A DNA stretch of 64,000 nt from the human T2T-CHM13v2.0 reference genome, Homo sapiens. Shown here one piece after another: positions 25,360-41,052 of the stretch. The stretch lies in assembly GCF_009914755.1 (NCBI RefSeq), contig NC_060927.1. One strand, written 5' to 3'. Position numbers and translations under genes: made by a program. Numbering within the stretch: the stretch's first letter is position 1; every line of letters starts with the position of its first letter. The notes under the pieces were generated by a model. The model saw only the letters and a program-made list of their open reading frames with translations, did no database searches and was not told the origin of the DNA.

Positions 25360-25651
25360 TTTTTTTTTTTTTTTGAGACAGTCTTGCTCTGTTGCCTAGG
25401 CTGAAGTGCAGTGGCGATCTCAGCTCACTGCAATCTCTGCCTCCTGGATTTAAGAGACTGTTCTGCCTTAGACTCCCGAGTAGCTGGGACCACAGCCATG
25501 TACCACCATGCCCGGCTAAGTTTTGTAATTTTAGTAGAGACAGGGGTTCACCACGTTGGCCAGGCTGGTCTCAAACTCCTGAGCTCAAGTGATCCACCAC
25601 CTCGGCCTCCCAAAATGTTGGGATTACAGGTGTGAGCCACCACGCCCGGCC
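25360..25651 (-). mobile_element. Alu (J or older S), followed by a short Alu fragment at 25716-25761
   Basis: Full two-arm Alu with TSD ccttgtgt at 25351 and 25652. Confidence 0.92.
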
Positions 25652-25889
25652 CCTTGTGTTTTTCCCACTGCTCTGTTTTTCATGCTGGTGGCTATTTTGA
25701 TGATCACTCCTGAATTAGAGACAGGGTCTCACTCTGTCACCCAGGCTGGAGTGCAGTGGCACTCTGAAATACATAGAGAAGACTGACTTGACAGTATTAA
25801 TTCTTGGTGGTAGATGTTAGGAGATAAAAGTGAGACAAGCTCCAGAAAAGTTGTGAAGCATAAATTTTGCTTTGGAGACAGGAGGCTTC

Positions 25890-26170
25890 AAATTTTTTTA
25901 TCATAAGACTTCAAACATTCAGAAAAGTAGAAAGAACAGTAGTATCATCCACCACAAAGATTTAACTGTTAAGGTTTTACCATGTTTGCTTCATCTATAC
26001 CTATGTATTTTTGTCTTTAAACATTTTAGAGTTACCTACAGACACCAGTACTCCAAATTATTTTAGCTTATCACAAAATACAGCAATTCTCCAACATAAT
26101 CATAATACCATTATCATGTCCAACCTAATTAACAGTAATTCTCTGACATCACTTAATACCCAGCTTGTGC
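25890..26170 (-). mobile_element. Old L1M 3' fragment
   Basis: ttcaaacattcagaaaagtagaaagaacagta...ttttaccatgtttgcttcatct...cataatcataataccattatca. Confidence 0.6.
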
Positions 26171-26467
26171 TCTCATCTTCGAGATCCCTTTATTGCTCCT
26201 AATGGAAGGAACTCCTGAGCTTCCTCAATCTAGTCTCTCCAGACTCAACACCTTCCAGCTAAGTGCTCACCTCTGTAAGACCCCTGCTAAATTCTAGTGA
26301 TGGGAATTCCAGGCTCTTGTTAGATCCCCTCAAATTACATCACAAGTTGTCTGGTCTAAGTGCAAACAGGAATGGACAGTGTGTGCAGGTCCACTAGACA
26401 TCACCACAGCAAGCAGAATGTGTTTAAGGAAAGGCTATAACCCCATCAATCTGAAATAAGGAATTTA

Positions 26468-26779
26468 GGTAGGGCACAATGGCACACTTGGCTCACACCA
26501 GTAATCCCAGCACTTTGGGAGGCTGACATGGGAGGATGACTTGAGGCCAAGATTTCAACACGAGCCTCGGTAACATAATAAGACCCCCATCTCTACAACA
26601 AATTTAAAAATGAGTCAGGCATGGTGGCGTGCACCTGTAGTCCCAGCTATTTGGGAAGCTGTGGTGGAATGGCTAGAACCCAGGAGTTTGAGGTTGCAGT
26701 GAGCTATAATTGGGCCACTGCACTCCAGCCTGGGCAACAGAGTGAGAGCACCCCACCCCAAAAACATTTTTTTAATAAA
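26468..26779 (+). mobile_element. AluJ
   Basis: Both arms; flanking direct repeat aaataaggaa. Confidence 0.9.
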
Positions 26780-27662
26780 AAATAAGGAACTTGATATATA
26801 TCCCTAAAATAATTTAAGTAGTCTGAAACTCCTTGAATCTAATATACTTGTTGGAGAGCCAGTATCCATCCACCATCTCCTACCTGGATTCTAAGCTAGC
26901 TTCAAAGCAACGGACTGGCAGTGTGCATGAGAAACGAAGACAACAGAAAGCACGTCCACAGAGAATAGTGAAGATGGAAAATACGGAGCTGTTGTGAGCC
27001 TGATATGTCTGGGCACAGGCTGTGTTGCTCTGATCAGCCATAGGTGCCCAGAACCATGCCTGCCTGTAATACGGAACCATGCCTGCCTGTATTAACCACT
27101 CAAATTCCCTATCCATGAGAAAGCAACAATGAAGCAAGGACATTTTGGTTAGTGAGGCCCATGCCACAGATGCCCTCAATTTCTTCCCTCAACTCACCAT
27201 GCTTGAAACATCCACAGCCATAACCGATTTCTAGTGTACTCTTTCATTTATTCAGTAGAAGCCACTCTCCTAATTCAGGCATGGAATTCTTAGGGACCTG
27301 TTCCATCCATACTTTGTCAGAATACAGTCCCTTTTCTATTTCCCACATTCAATAAGTTTAGATACTCTTCATTATTCCCTGCAATAAATAACTACTTTTT
27401 CCCGATTAGGTAACTAGAAGAACTGCTCAACAGCTAGGAGGATCAGAGGCTGTTCCTACTCATGGAAGCAGATAAGGACAACACTGTCAGTTTCCTCACC
27501 ACTTTGCATCTATCTCAAAAAGAAGGTGAAAATACCAGCTGAAAGCATACAGTCAAAGGCACCAGTTTTAAGGAATACAAGTCAGAACGTTGAGTTGGGG
27601 CCTGTTTGTCATTATTTCCTACTAATCCCAAACCAAGGACCTCTCACCATTTACCCATTCCA

Positions 27663-27930
27663 TTATTTTTGTCTTTTTGTTTCTTTAGAGACAGGGTCTC
27701 ACTCTGTTGCCAGGCTAGAGTGCAGTGGCACAATCATAGCTCACTCACTGCAGCCTTGAATCCCTGAGCTCACTCGATCCTCCTGCCTCAGCTTCCCCAA
27801 GTAGCTGGGACCACAGGCGCTTGACACCAGGCCCAGCTGTTGTTTTATTATTATTTTTTTTTATTTTTTACAGAGATGGGGTCTTACTTTAGTGCCCATG
27901 CTATTCTCAAACTCCTAGCTTCAAGCAATA
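27663..27930 (-). mobile_element. AluJ, partial
   Basis: gagacagggtctcactctgttgcc...caatcatagctcac...gatcctcctgcctcagc. Confidence 0.9.
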
Positions 27931-27934
27931 ATAC

Positions 27935-28230
27935 ACAGTTCTAAGTCCTGTGGATATAATTTTCATCAAGACATGAGCAGTTTACATTCCAGAGGGCAGA
28001 CAAGAAAATACATTGAAATATAAACAAATTGGAACACTTCGAGAGTGACAGTGATATGACAAAAAATAAGCTGTAGTTAACTAGGGAGCAACTGGGGGTT
28101 GGCAAGTGCTGTTTCACAGAGGGGATGAAGGAGGGCCTCTCCAAGGAAGAGAAATTTAATCCTGAAGAAAGAGAAACAGCCATCTTTGGGAATATCTTGG
28201 GGAAAAAAATTCTGGAACAGATAGTTAGAG
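27935..28230 (-). mobile_element. L2 fragment
   Basis: gagcagtttacattccagagggcagacaa...gaaggagggcctctccaagg. Confidence 0.65.
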
Positions 28231-29399
28231 GGTATCACTGCCTCCACAGCCTCTTTTCCTCTCCTGTGGATACTTTTGGCCTGGGTTTTATGTAGAAGTA
28301 ACTCTGTATGAGCTTTGGGGCCAGACTCAGAATTCTTTCCCCACTTCTTCCTTCCATTTCTATATTTTCTCCATCCTTTGAATAAATCAACTCCTGAGAC
28401 ATCACACAGGCACACACACACACACAGAAGTAAAGGCCTTGGTTTGGAAGAGCCAGGAAAGGTCATAGGCATTATCCTTCTGACCCAGGGCATGGTGTTT
28501 ACATTTTCGCTTCTACTTATCACTGCATCTCAATGATACTCCTCTGTGGGAGGGAAGCCAACCCTCTGTAGACAGGTGTTCCCACCGGGGTTTCTTCTGA
28601 GGATAAGCTGACAAGTTCCAGTGCATTGAGAGATGCATGACTTAGTCCAGATTAGTCCATTACCTGGCTGGGGCTGTCCACTTTCTACTTTCAACAGACA
28701 TTATCAATCCATTCCAGCACTTTCTCCTTCTAGGACATGACATCATGATTTACATAGTTTAAAAGCTAAAGTTATAAAACAGCTAAATAGAGATACTTTA
28801 TTGAAAAAAAAATTCCACTCCAACGTTAGGGGGAGAAGTCTCTCATAGGTGTATTCAACATATGAATGCCTCAGGAAATATTTTAGGAGGCCATTTATTA
28901 CATAAGGTAGGTACACATTGTGTGGGGGAAAAATGAAGACTAGACAAAATTCTTAGGGCTATTTTCCCAAAAGCCTGGAAGAAAGGGTCATTTTGTAATT
29001 AATAATGAGTCAGAATCTATAACAGTGGTTTTAAATTATTGGTCAATCTAACAAAAAATATGACAGAAGACAAAATGGGGGTATTAGATTGCGTAGGAGA
29101 GTCACCCCTTAGAGGCCTCTTCAGAGACTATTTTGCAGGAGCTCACAGGACAAAACTGGCAGAACAAGAAATTCCCTTCATCCTAAAGAGACCCTTGAAA
29201 AAGAAGAAAAGGGATGTGGCTACTCAGGCCTGAGAGACGGTCACTGTCATCTACCTATATCTTGTTGTTAAAAATAACTAATTTACTTTCAATATAAAAA
29301 GATAGCATTATAGAAAATGTAGCTTAAAAAGTAAAATGTACAAAGTAAAATGTAAAAAACATTTAATTCAACTACCCTAATAGAGCTTTATAAATCATT

Positions 29400-29519
29400 T
29401 CTCCCTACATTTTATTTTGAAAAGTTTAAAACTTACGAATACATTGAAATGAGGACCAACAATATGTAATCACCACTCACTAACATGTTGCCATATTCAT
29501 TTTCTCCGTCTCTCTCTCC

Positions 29520-29574
<55 letters not shown>

Positions 29575-29950
29575 TTTTCCCCATTAGCTGTTTATAAGCA
29601 AGTTGCACACATCATGACTGTAATACTCCTGAATAATTCAGCATGTACCTCCTAAGAACAACTTTGTTCTACAAAACCTCAATATCATTTCTCATCCAAT
29701 AAATTTAATATTGATGTATTATTATTTACTATAAAGTCAAGATACGATTTTCCCAACATGGCTGTTTCCTTTAAAAAAAAAATCTATGTTGTAATCAAGG
29801 ATCATGCATTTTTAATCTTTTTGTTTCTTCAGTCTCCGGTAATCTAAAACAGTCTCATCACATTTTGTTTTGTCTTTTACAGCGTTGAAATATTTGAAAA
29901 GGTCACCAGTTTTCTTATGGCTTTTAAAATTTTGATTTATTTTCTTTCAT
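29400..29950 (-). mobile_element. Old L1M fragment containing a (TC)n(TA)n microsatellite
   Basis: ttttattttgaaaagtttaaacttac...agcaagttgcacacatcatgac...ctcctaagaacaa; pure TA run at ~29523-29572. Confidence 0.6.
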
Positions 29951-31101
29951 ATTTTTGATGCAGTTTTAATTACAGAATACTCACAATTTTCAAACATGTC
30001 CTTTTGTACTAAATATTATTAACAATATAGCACATAAGCATTTTCTATGTTGCTCCATAATCTTAATCATCATTATCACCTTTGACAGGTTTAAAATGCC
30101 CCATCAAAAGAATGTATTAGAATTTAATCACCCTTTAATGTTAGGCATTTGGGTTATTTAAAATTGCAAATTATATTGTACATCATCATGAACATCTTAA
30201 TGCAGTTAACAGGGTCCTTTTTTCACATTCTTAATACATACTGCTTTTCAAATGCATGTTGCTTGTACTAAATCATAGATTGACTAAATTTTTAAAAATG
30301 ATTATTGTTCACATTAAAACAAAAAACAATAAGACACCCTGAAATTCACTGGTGTTTTAATTTTAGTTTCTTTGACTCAGAGGAGTTGCTATTAAATAAA
30401 TTAACAAATGTATATGAAATATAAGCAGAACACAAAAGGAACTGTAACTCCAGAGTTCTAGTGTTGAGACTGACACATTATGTCCCAGTCTGAGTGTGAG
30501 CTGGTCAGCTTCATACACACGAGAAGCCTATGTATGAGAAGTGACTTACATTCTCAAGCTTCACAGTCAATGCCGACCCAATTTAACCACATAGGCTTCT
30601 GGTCTGTTAAATCTTTGAGGACAAAGACATCTTACTCCCTCTGTATCCCCAGCAACCTGTGCTTAAAACTTAGTAGATATTTGTTTTATATTGGTCGAGC
30701 TTTGTCTCACTTCTCCTATCTATCCTAGGTCCCAACCTTTCCATCTCCCATGGCCAAGATCCCAACATACACAGTCCTTGGGACATTCTAGCCATCTTTA
30801 ATCCTAGACAGAGCTGCAGCTCTGCGATTCTGTCTTTTGCCTGTCAGGCTAAGCCTAGTTGGATTCCAAGAAAGGAAAAAATAGTTAAGTTTCCCTTCAT
30901 CTCTTCTCTTTTCCTAGCCAGGAATCTTTCTGGTTTCCTCTCCTTTGAGCCCTCTTGGTCCTCTGAGATCCGCAGTCAAAACAAGAAGCCACTGAACTTA
31001 ACAGGACTTGACTGTGATGGCACACACGTACCCTTCTCACATTAAAAACAAAGAAAAGAAAAAGTAGCTCCAGCCTCAAGGATGCTTTCATAAGAGGACA
31101 T

Positions 31102-31725
31102 TGTTCCCAGACCGAACCGGGTCTGGCTGTGTGTTCTTGTGGCCCAATAACAAGATGCAGACAAACTGGAAAAGAAGAGAGTTTATGTCTGTAACCAGGT
31201 AAAGGGAGAAGGTCAGAGATAATTCACCAGACCAACTCACAATTGTAAAGTTTTTCCAGTGCTTATATATGTTTCAAACTATATACCTACATGTAGTAAC
31301 ATACTTGCCGATCTCTATGCCTGATTAATTTTGTTGTAACTGAAAGGTAAGAGGCCAGAATTATCCTCTAAATCTACTTGACCTATGAGGGCCCTGGTAC
31401 TGGAGTGATTACTTCTATCTTATCTTACCTACAATTTGGGTATGGAAAGTTACTTCAAACCCCCCAGAAATTTACTCAACCCAAGATGGGTCCCAAGGAG
31501 CACAGGACTATCTTTATTATCTTGACTTACCCCAGGTTTCAGGAGAAGCCTGAGCAAGGCTCTTATGGAACATGTTTCATTTCTGGCTTTGGTGCCAGGG
31601 CATCAATTTCCCTAGGTTTAATTATTAACTTAATGTGAAGGCAGATGCTGTGGAAGTTTGCCTGTATAACTGGAGTGCTATGGAGGCCTGTCTGTGTGAC
31701 TGTTAGGAAGAACTGGTCTGCCACA
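31102..31725 (-). mobile_element. ERV1 solo LTR (LTR26-like)
   Basis: TG...CA ends; the reverse complement begins tgtggcagaccagttcttcctaacagtcacacagacaggcc, as I recall for LTR26. Confidence 0.75.
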
Positions 31726-31996
31726 CCACATGGTGTTGGTGAAAGCAGCGGCATCTCTATTTGCTTGTTCGTTTAGAATCCCACTGTAGTACTGACTTGG
31801 AATTCCACTAACACATAGTGCTAATTATTCCATCAATTCCTAGCTGGTCTTCTTTCTTGTAATTGGCACCTCCTACCTATGGAGATAAGTAAGAAACAAG
31901 TCATCCTCTCTGCACCTTGGACAGCAACCTCAGCATAATGCCCTCAGGCTTTTTTTTTTTTTTCCCATAGTTTTGGGGATTCCATGACATTGTAAT

Positions 31997-33237
<1,241 letters not shown>

Positions 33238-34314
33238 TTAAGATCTGTCTTTCCAAGTAGAATTTAAGCTCTGTGAAAGCAGGGACTGAACCTGCACAGT
33301 AACATGGCTACATCCCTATTGCCTAAAACAGTATCTGACAAATAGTAGGTGCTCAACAGATACATGTTGAATTGTACTGAACCAGAAACTGTTCGAGGAT
33401 ATGGACTATTTTTCCTTGCTTCTGTGCCACTGGTTTATAGCCAGGCTATACTAGTACACTGTGAGTTCTTAGTAAAAGTTCAATAAATGTATAAAGGAAT
33501 GAATGAAGAGACTATGAATGTCTTATCCAAAAATAGCAAGACCTGGATTTCAGCAGGAGCTTTTCATCCAGGAACACTAAGTACTACTCTGCTGCTATTT
33601 TGTCACTATTGCCTTGTTTGTAACATTAGCCTTAAGACAGACTTTGGTTCACAGCTTCGATCTTTGATGTATGATTGCACTGCATTCATAATATGCTCCA
33701 GATTGCTTGCATCTATAATATATTGAAATTATAAAATGCACAAAAGCTTTTCAGTGCCCAAAGTGCATAAGAAAAAGTAGAAATCTGATGTGGTAATTTA
33801 ATGCATATCTATTTTTTTCCAAAGTAAAACATATACACCATCAAAGTACCTAGATTTTAACTTAGCCAAGCTTAAAGATGTTTTAAGACAGAGACTTTGT
33901 CTGTTTGTTTCAAATATGCCATTTAAGAACGACGTAAACCTCTGTTTGATGCTTTACATCTTAAAGTACAAATTAGTTTTTTCTTTTGTTTTTTTTTTTA
34001 AGAGACACTAGAACGTTCATGTACTCTTTTCATGACAGAACTGAAAATTGATTTCTCAATTTAGCCAGGCTGTTTTGGCCATGTTTAGATGCAAAAAGAG
34101 GGGGAAAAAAAGAATGCTGTGGCTGAAAAGTTACAAAGGAAATCTGATGAGTTATAATAAGGGTTAGCTTTAAATACAGTAACCCATAGGAGAATACTGA
34201 AAAAAGGGATGGAAAAAAAGGATGGCAAAGCTCATGAAGTTCCCACATATTTTTCTTTTGTTCTATTCATCTCTAAGACCCTCCTAGAGCTGACAATGAC
34301 TTCAGAGAGCAAAG

Positions 34315-35178
<864 letters not shown>

Positions 35179-35629
35179 TGAGTGCCAACTATACATTGCA
35201 CACTTCCCAAGCACTAGAAAAAAACTGTCTCTGCCATCCTGATACTTAAAGTTCTAATGTCAGAAACACACATGAGAAATTAGTGCTTCACCCTGGTTGT
35301 GTATGAGGAGGGAATAGTAGAGAGGTCATGAGAGGGTGCAGCAGGAACATCTCACTTGTCTGGAGGGATAGGAAGGCCACTTGGAGCAAGTGACTAGAAA
35401 CTAAAACCAACCAGAGCAAAGAACAGGAAACCAGTTAAGGAAAAAAGGCAAAGAAGGACATTACCGAGAGGGAAAAACTAGTGTGAGGATCCTCTTCAAA
35501 ACTGTGAATATTTCCCTGTGGCTTCTCAAGTACGACTGCTTTAGCATTAAAGGCTTTTTATGAGAACGTTCATTAGAAAGCTAAATAATCATAGACATTC
35601 TGACTTGTTCATTCTTCTGTTTCTGGTAC

Positions 35630-36596
35630 TGTTACTGAACCACACTGGTACTGGTACTCTCTGATCCAGACCCCAAGAAAGGGTTCTTGGCTCTTGCAGA
35701 AGAAAGAATTCAGGGTTAGTCCACAGTGCAAAGCGAAAGCAAGTTTATTAAGAAAGTAAAATAAAGAATGGCTATTCCATAGGCAGAGCACCCCAAGGGC
35801 CGCTGGTTGCCCATTTTTATGGTTATTTCTTAACTATCTGCTAAACAAGGAGTGGATTATTCATTCCTCCCCTTTTTAGACCATATAGAGTAACCTCCTG
35901 ATGTGGCTATGGCATTTGTAAACTGGTGGGAGGGTAGCAGCGAGGATGACCAGAGGTCACTTTCATCACTGTCTTTGTTTTGGTGGGATTTGGCCTTACT
36001 GCATGCTATTTTATCAGCAAGGTCTTTATGACCTGTATCTTGTGCCAACCTCCTCTCTCATCCTGTGACTTAGGCTGAGTAGTCATCCTAAGTAGTGATG
36101 TAGGATTTTTACTCCTTATTTCAGTTAAATCCAGGTTCTTATCTCACAACCAGGAAGAATTAGGCACATGAACACACTGAAGAGTGAGGAGGGCAGAATT
36201 TATTAAGCGAAAGGAAAGCTCTCAGCAAAGACAGGGATCCTGCAAGCAGGTTTCCACCTCACAAACTGAATACCAGGGTCACCACACAGGAGCCAAAGAT
36301 GCCAGGCTCTTCCCCTGAATAAGATGTTTGTTTCTGGTGGCTCCACCCCATTCCCCCAGTGCATGTGGGCCTCCAGTCCACTGCCCCCTTGTCTGCACAA
36401 AACATCTGTTGTAAACACTTGTGGGGTGGTTCAGATTTTCCGGGGACCCTTCCCTATCTGCCTAGCCATTTCTCTGCCTCCTGCCTCTATCATTAGAGTA
36501 CCTTAACCTCCTGGGAATGCAGCTCAGAAGGTCTCAGCCTTATTTTACCCAGTCCCTATTCAAGATGGAGTTGCCCTGGTTCAAATGCCTCTGACA
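35630..36596 (-). mobile_element. MER41 solo LTR (MER41A type), interrupted
   Basis: The reverse complement starts tgtcagaggcatttgaaccagggcaactccatcttgaatagg; the tandem GAS segment is absent. Confidence 0.88.
36096..36492 (-). mobile_element. MER61-like solo LTR nested in MER41
   Basis: The reverse complement starts tgatagaggcaggaggcagagaaatggctaggcagatagggaagggtccccgg. Confidence 0.75.
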
Positions 36597-36639
36597 CTAC
36601 CCTGAATTTGTTATGACAATCTGCAGGTTTATTGAAGTT

Positions 36640-37000
36640 TTATTTATTGAAGTAATTTATGTGGCCCTGCCTACCTTTCCAGCCTTGACTTCCAGCACTG
36701 TCTGACCCTCCTCTCCACGCACCTTTGGAAACAAAGTATACCTTTATATTGCCCTGCCCTCTTCTTAAATTGTCTCACACTGCATGGTCCAAATCAATGC
36801 CCCTTCCACTGAAAAGCCTTCCCAGGCTTAGCACAGTACATCCTCTTCCAAGACAAAATTAGTCTTTGTAAAATATCTTTAAGCACTCATCACAGATATG
36901 TAATAGTTTTTTTGCATTATAAGTTCTATAACAATAAAGATTGTATCTGACTCATTTCCCTGTTCCTGGCACAAATGGGGCAAACACTTCACACATTTTC
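36640..37000 (+). mobile_element. L2 fragment
   Basis: tggccctgcctacctttccagcctt...gaaaagccttcccagg...agcactcatcaca. Confidence 0.6.
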
Positions 37001-38759
37001 TCTAAGGTTATCTAGGCTGATGCTTCTCCATTCTCTTGAAGTGGATCACTATTTTCTCCAAATATGGTAACAGGTTTGCTGCCTCACCATCCACTGACCT
37101 ACCTCCCTTATTCACCATTAGGAAGGGGTGCCAATTTGCTTTGGCAGGGGCGGGGGGGGGGTTTCCTCTCAATGTGAGTTTAGTTTATAAATTCATGCTT
37201 TATCTTCATCTCACTGAGTAGAAAAAAAGGATATGCCAATCCCTTGCTGATGACACATGGCAGCTTTAATATATTTGTTAAAAAATGTGAATATACAATG
37301 AATGAGAAGTGAGTAAATGTTAAAGTGAACAGCTTACAGATTCCCATGTCTGCTTTCAATGTTAGCATGTAGTAAAGTTCCTGGTGTTTAATATGTGTTA
37401 AGTAATATTTTGTTAGATGAATGGCTGAGTAGTCAACAGAAATCCAGATTTGGGAGTTTTTGCCACTGGATTGGAAATTATGGTGATTTGAAATACTGAG
37501 TTATTTTTCTGACTGATCATGTTTTTACCCCTGCCAAGTTTCTTGTGTCAACAAATCCAGGTACCAAACATATGAGCAATAGCCTCACATTCTCCTGGGA
37601 GATGGAGAAAGTCTCCATTGTTTTATAGTTCAGAATTGAACTGGTATAATTGGGAATGTCTCCATTTTTTTGGTAGTCATGTTCTTCATTCTTTAGCTTT
37701 GTATCTTCTCAAGTTGAGGAATGTGCTAAACTGAGTAGTAAATTTAAAAAAGGATTTAAGAGAGATCATTATAAAATGAATTGCTTCTTCTTTGTAAGAT
37801 ACAGGAAGTTTAGTAGCTTTCTTGAAGTCTCAAATGAGAATTGAGATGTTGAAGAGAACATCTACTCTTTTGCTATTTAGTGATGGGCTAAGGGCAATTT
37901 ACTAATGAAATGAACAGGCAGGAAACAGGCCATTGACTACAGAAGTAATTACAAAAAAAAGTACTTCTTTTTATTTTAGTAACTGCAAACCATAATATAA
38001 AGAATCCCTCCCAGTTGAAATAGTTATAAGTAAACAACAACTGTGAATCATGTTTAATAGGGAAGCATTAGTTGGCAGAGTTGGTGGGGGAAGAGGCACA
38101 GACAGTGCTTTGAATGGTTTCATACAAAAGTTAGTTTGGACAAAGTTGTATCAGGCAATAATCCAACATGCAGAAGTTTGGTGAGATTTACAAATGACTA
38201 AAGTGATAGGCAGGGTTAAGGTTTAAGAAATATCCCCATGTACTTCCAAAAGTATGTTCTTACATAATGCAAAATGATCCACTAAAAAGGGGAGCAGGAG
38301 AGGGTGCAGACAGGATTACAGAGTTGAAAACAAGCAGCCTAGAGATGCTATCTAGCCTCTGGTCTCTATTTCTTTTTTGATTTGCTAAATGGTTTTAATA
38401 TGCTCTTAAAACTTTTATTGAAAACTGAGGTATTTCTAATGCTCAGAATATAGCCCAACACATAATACATGCTCAATAAATATTTGTTAGATGGCTGAGT
38501 GAAAAAATGAACTTTTACATAAAATTATACAGTCAAGCTCCTCCTCAAAAAATGTACTATAAAGTCCTATTGTGGTAACATCCCACATAATTATGCCTTT
38601 TAGATGGGGCAGGTGATTTCTAGTTCACTATGGTCTGTATCCTTCCTTAATATCTTACACCTGGCTCACTTTGCACCTTTATGTGCCTAGCCTCTGTAAG
38701 AGAATTTTTTCTTGGAGAATCACACAGAAAATTATTATATTAAAGGCTTTTGAAATCCT

Positions 38760-39720
38760 AAGCATGTCTATGTGTACATATGAAAGTATCTCAGGTCTAG
38801 ATCTAGAAGTGAAATTGCTGATTCAGTGGTATGCATAGCTTTAGGTTTTCTAGATATTTCCAAATGGCTCTCCCATATAAATTTACCAACTTATATTTAT
38901 ACCTTAGTGTTGTCTGAGAGTTCTCACTTTTTCACACCCACCAATGCTTGGTATTAGTTCATTTTTTCTTTTGTAATGGTACAGGCATTAAATGCTATCT
39001 TATTAATGTTTTAATTTCCACTTCTCTAGTTGATGAGGTTGAACAATTTTCATTTATTTGATTTCTTCATCTACAAATTGTCTATTCATCTTGAATCTAT
39101 GTTTTTAAAAATTAGATTGTTTCTTATTTATTCCTTTGCATAAGTTAAAAAAATTTAGATATCAATCTTTTGTCAGTTAAATACATGACAAATGTTTTAT
39201 CCTGCCCTATAGCATTGTCATTCAACTTTGTTAAAAATATTGTTTTGTAGGTATCATCTACTGCAGCATTGCTTATTTCAAAAACATTAGAAAGCAGAGT
39301 CTATCAATAGGAAAAGAGTTACAGAAAATCTGTTATGCTAACATTAATATATAGAAAGCTATATAGTTACTATGATTATTAAATCAATGTAAGTAAATCT
39401 TAAAAACACAATGTTATATGAAACCAGATTTCAAGTGGATATGCAAGGAATAATTTGCACAACTTAAAACACAGAAATCCATATAGCTATAGTTTATGGA
39501 CAACACTGTAGTAGCAAGAGCACACATCCCAAGTTCAGGATAGTAGATACTATGGGGGGATGGGGAAGAACATGGAGTGTAAAGGGCTTTGATTGCATCT
39601 TATTTCCTATGAGTGGATGGAGGGGCACCTGAATCAAGATGTCAGTATGTCAAAGTGTTATATTCAGGGCTTATATAATATTTTGTTATATTTTGTTTTT
39701 ATCCTTTTTGGATGTTTAAA
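38760..39720. mobile_element. Old L1M fragments in both orientations
   Basis: ctagaagtgaaattgctg...ttccaaatggctctcc...ttattaatgttttaatttcca; later aaatcttaaaaacacaatgtt. Confidence 0.65.
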
Positions 39721-40732
39721 TCACTTCATGTATGTTCTTATTCACATACACATCTATACACACATTCTTCAAAAAGAGCTGAGGAGAACACATGGTATAT
39801 AGTTAATAAGCTACAGTATTTCTTATCACTTAAAATATAAAGAAATTAAATATGGGGTGGCAACAGGAAAGAGTACTGTTTAATATCACTTATTCAGTGT
39901 TTCTCAACATAATATCTATGAGGCTCTCTTTTCTATATTTTTCTTCACTTCCTTGAATCTGGGTTACGCGTGTTCCATAGAATGCACTTTGAGGAATGAA
40001 ATTTTTGTAAGACAAAAAAGCTCAGAGAAAAGCAAAGATAAAGTAAGAAGCTCAATAAAGTTAATGTCAAATTGAGTGTTGATTTTGACAAGACATCAAG
40101 AATGAGTTGGAATATCTTACCTTTCTTAAGTAGCAATGGTGTATTAATAATTCATTTCATAAACCAGTATTCTTAACACTACCTCACTGTAAACATTGAC
40201 TCTTCAGGATACCTTGTTTTGAGAACTACTTATGTAGATAAGTAGATATAACTTTAAAAAGTTAATAGGGACAATGCCATATACTATTATTCTTTAAAAT
40301 CTGTAACTTTATAAGAGAAAAACATACTATTTTAAAATAAAAAGTATATTTCCTTAGCAAGTGCTTCATTGCGCAACTATTTTGAGCTCAGTAATTTTCT
40401 TTCCTGACCATAAACTACATTTCTAGTGAAATAAATGGAATTATCAGACACCACAGGCACTTATTTTATTTACTCACAGGACTAGAATGGTTTAAAAATA
40501 AACCTAATACATTGGACATTGCTGTGAAAAGTACACAAATTGCCCTTCTAGGACCTGCATAAACTTCATTATAATTTTGGGGCAATGTTCCTAGCAATTC
40601 TGCAAAGAAAGCATGTACTAAGCCTTATCATTTGCATAGAACTCTGTAATTTAAAAATACATTTATACATTATATTCCCAGATGAGAAACGGGTATTTTG
40701 TACATTGGTGATATCAACAGTGCACCAGGTAA

Positions 40733-41052
<320 letters not shown>

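Noticed and set aside
16037-27930. Oppositely oriented Alu pairs as special dsRNA structures
   Set aside because: Ubiquitous in primate introns; nothing distinguishes these copies.
35630-36596. MER41 as an interferon-inducible STAT1 enhancer
   Set aside because: This copy joins ggattattca directly to ttcctccccttttt and lacks the tandem TTCNNNGAA segment of MER41B.
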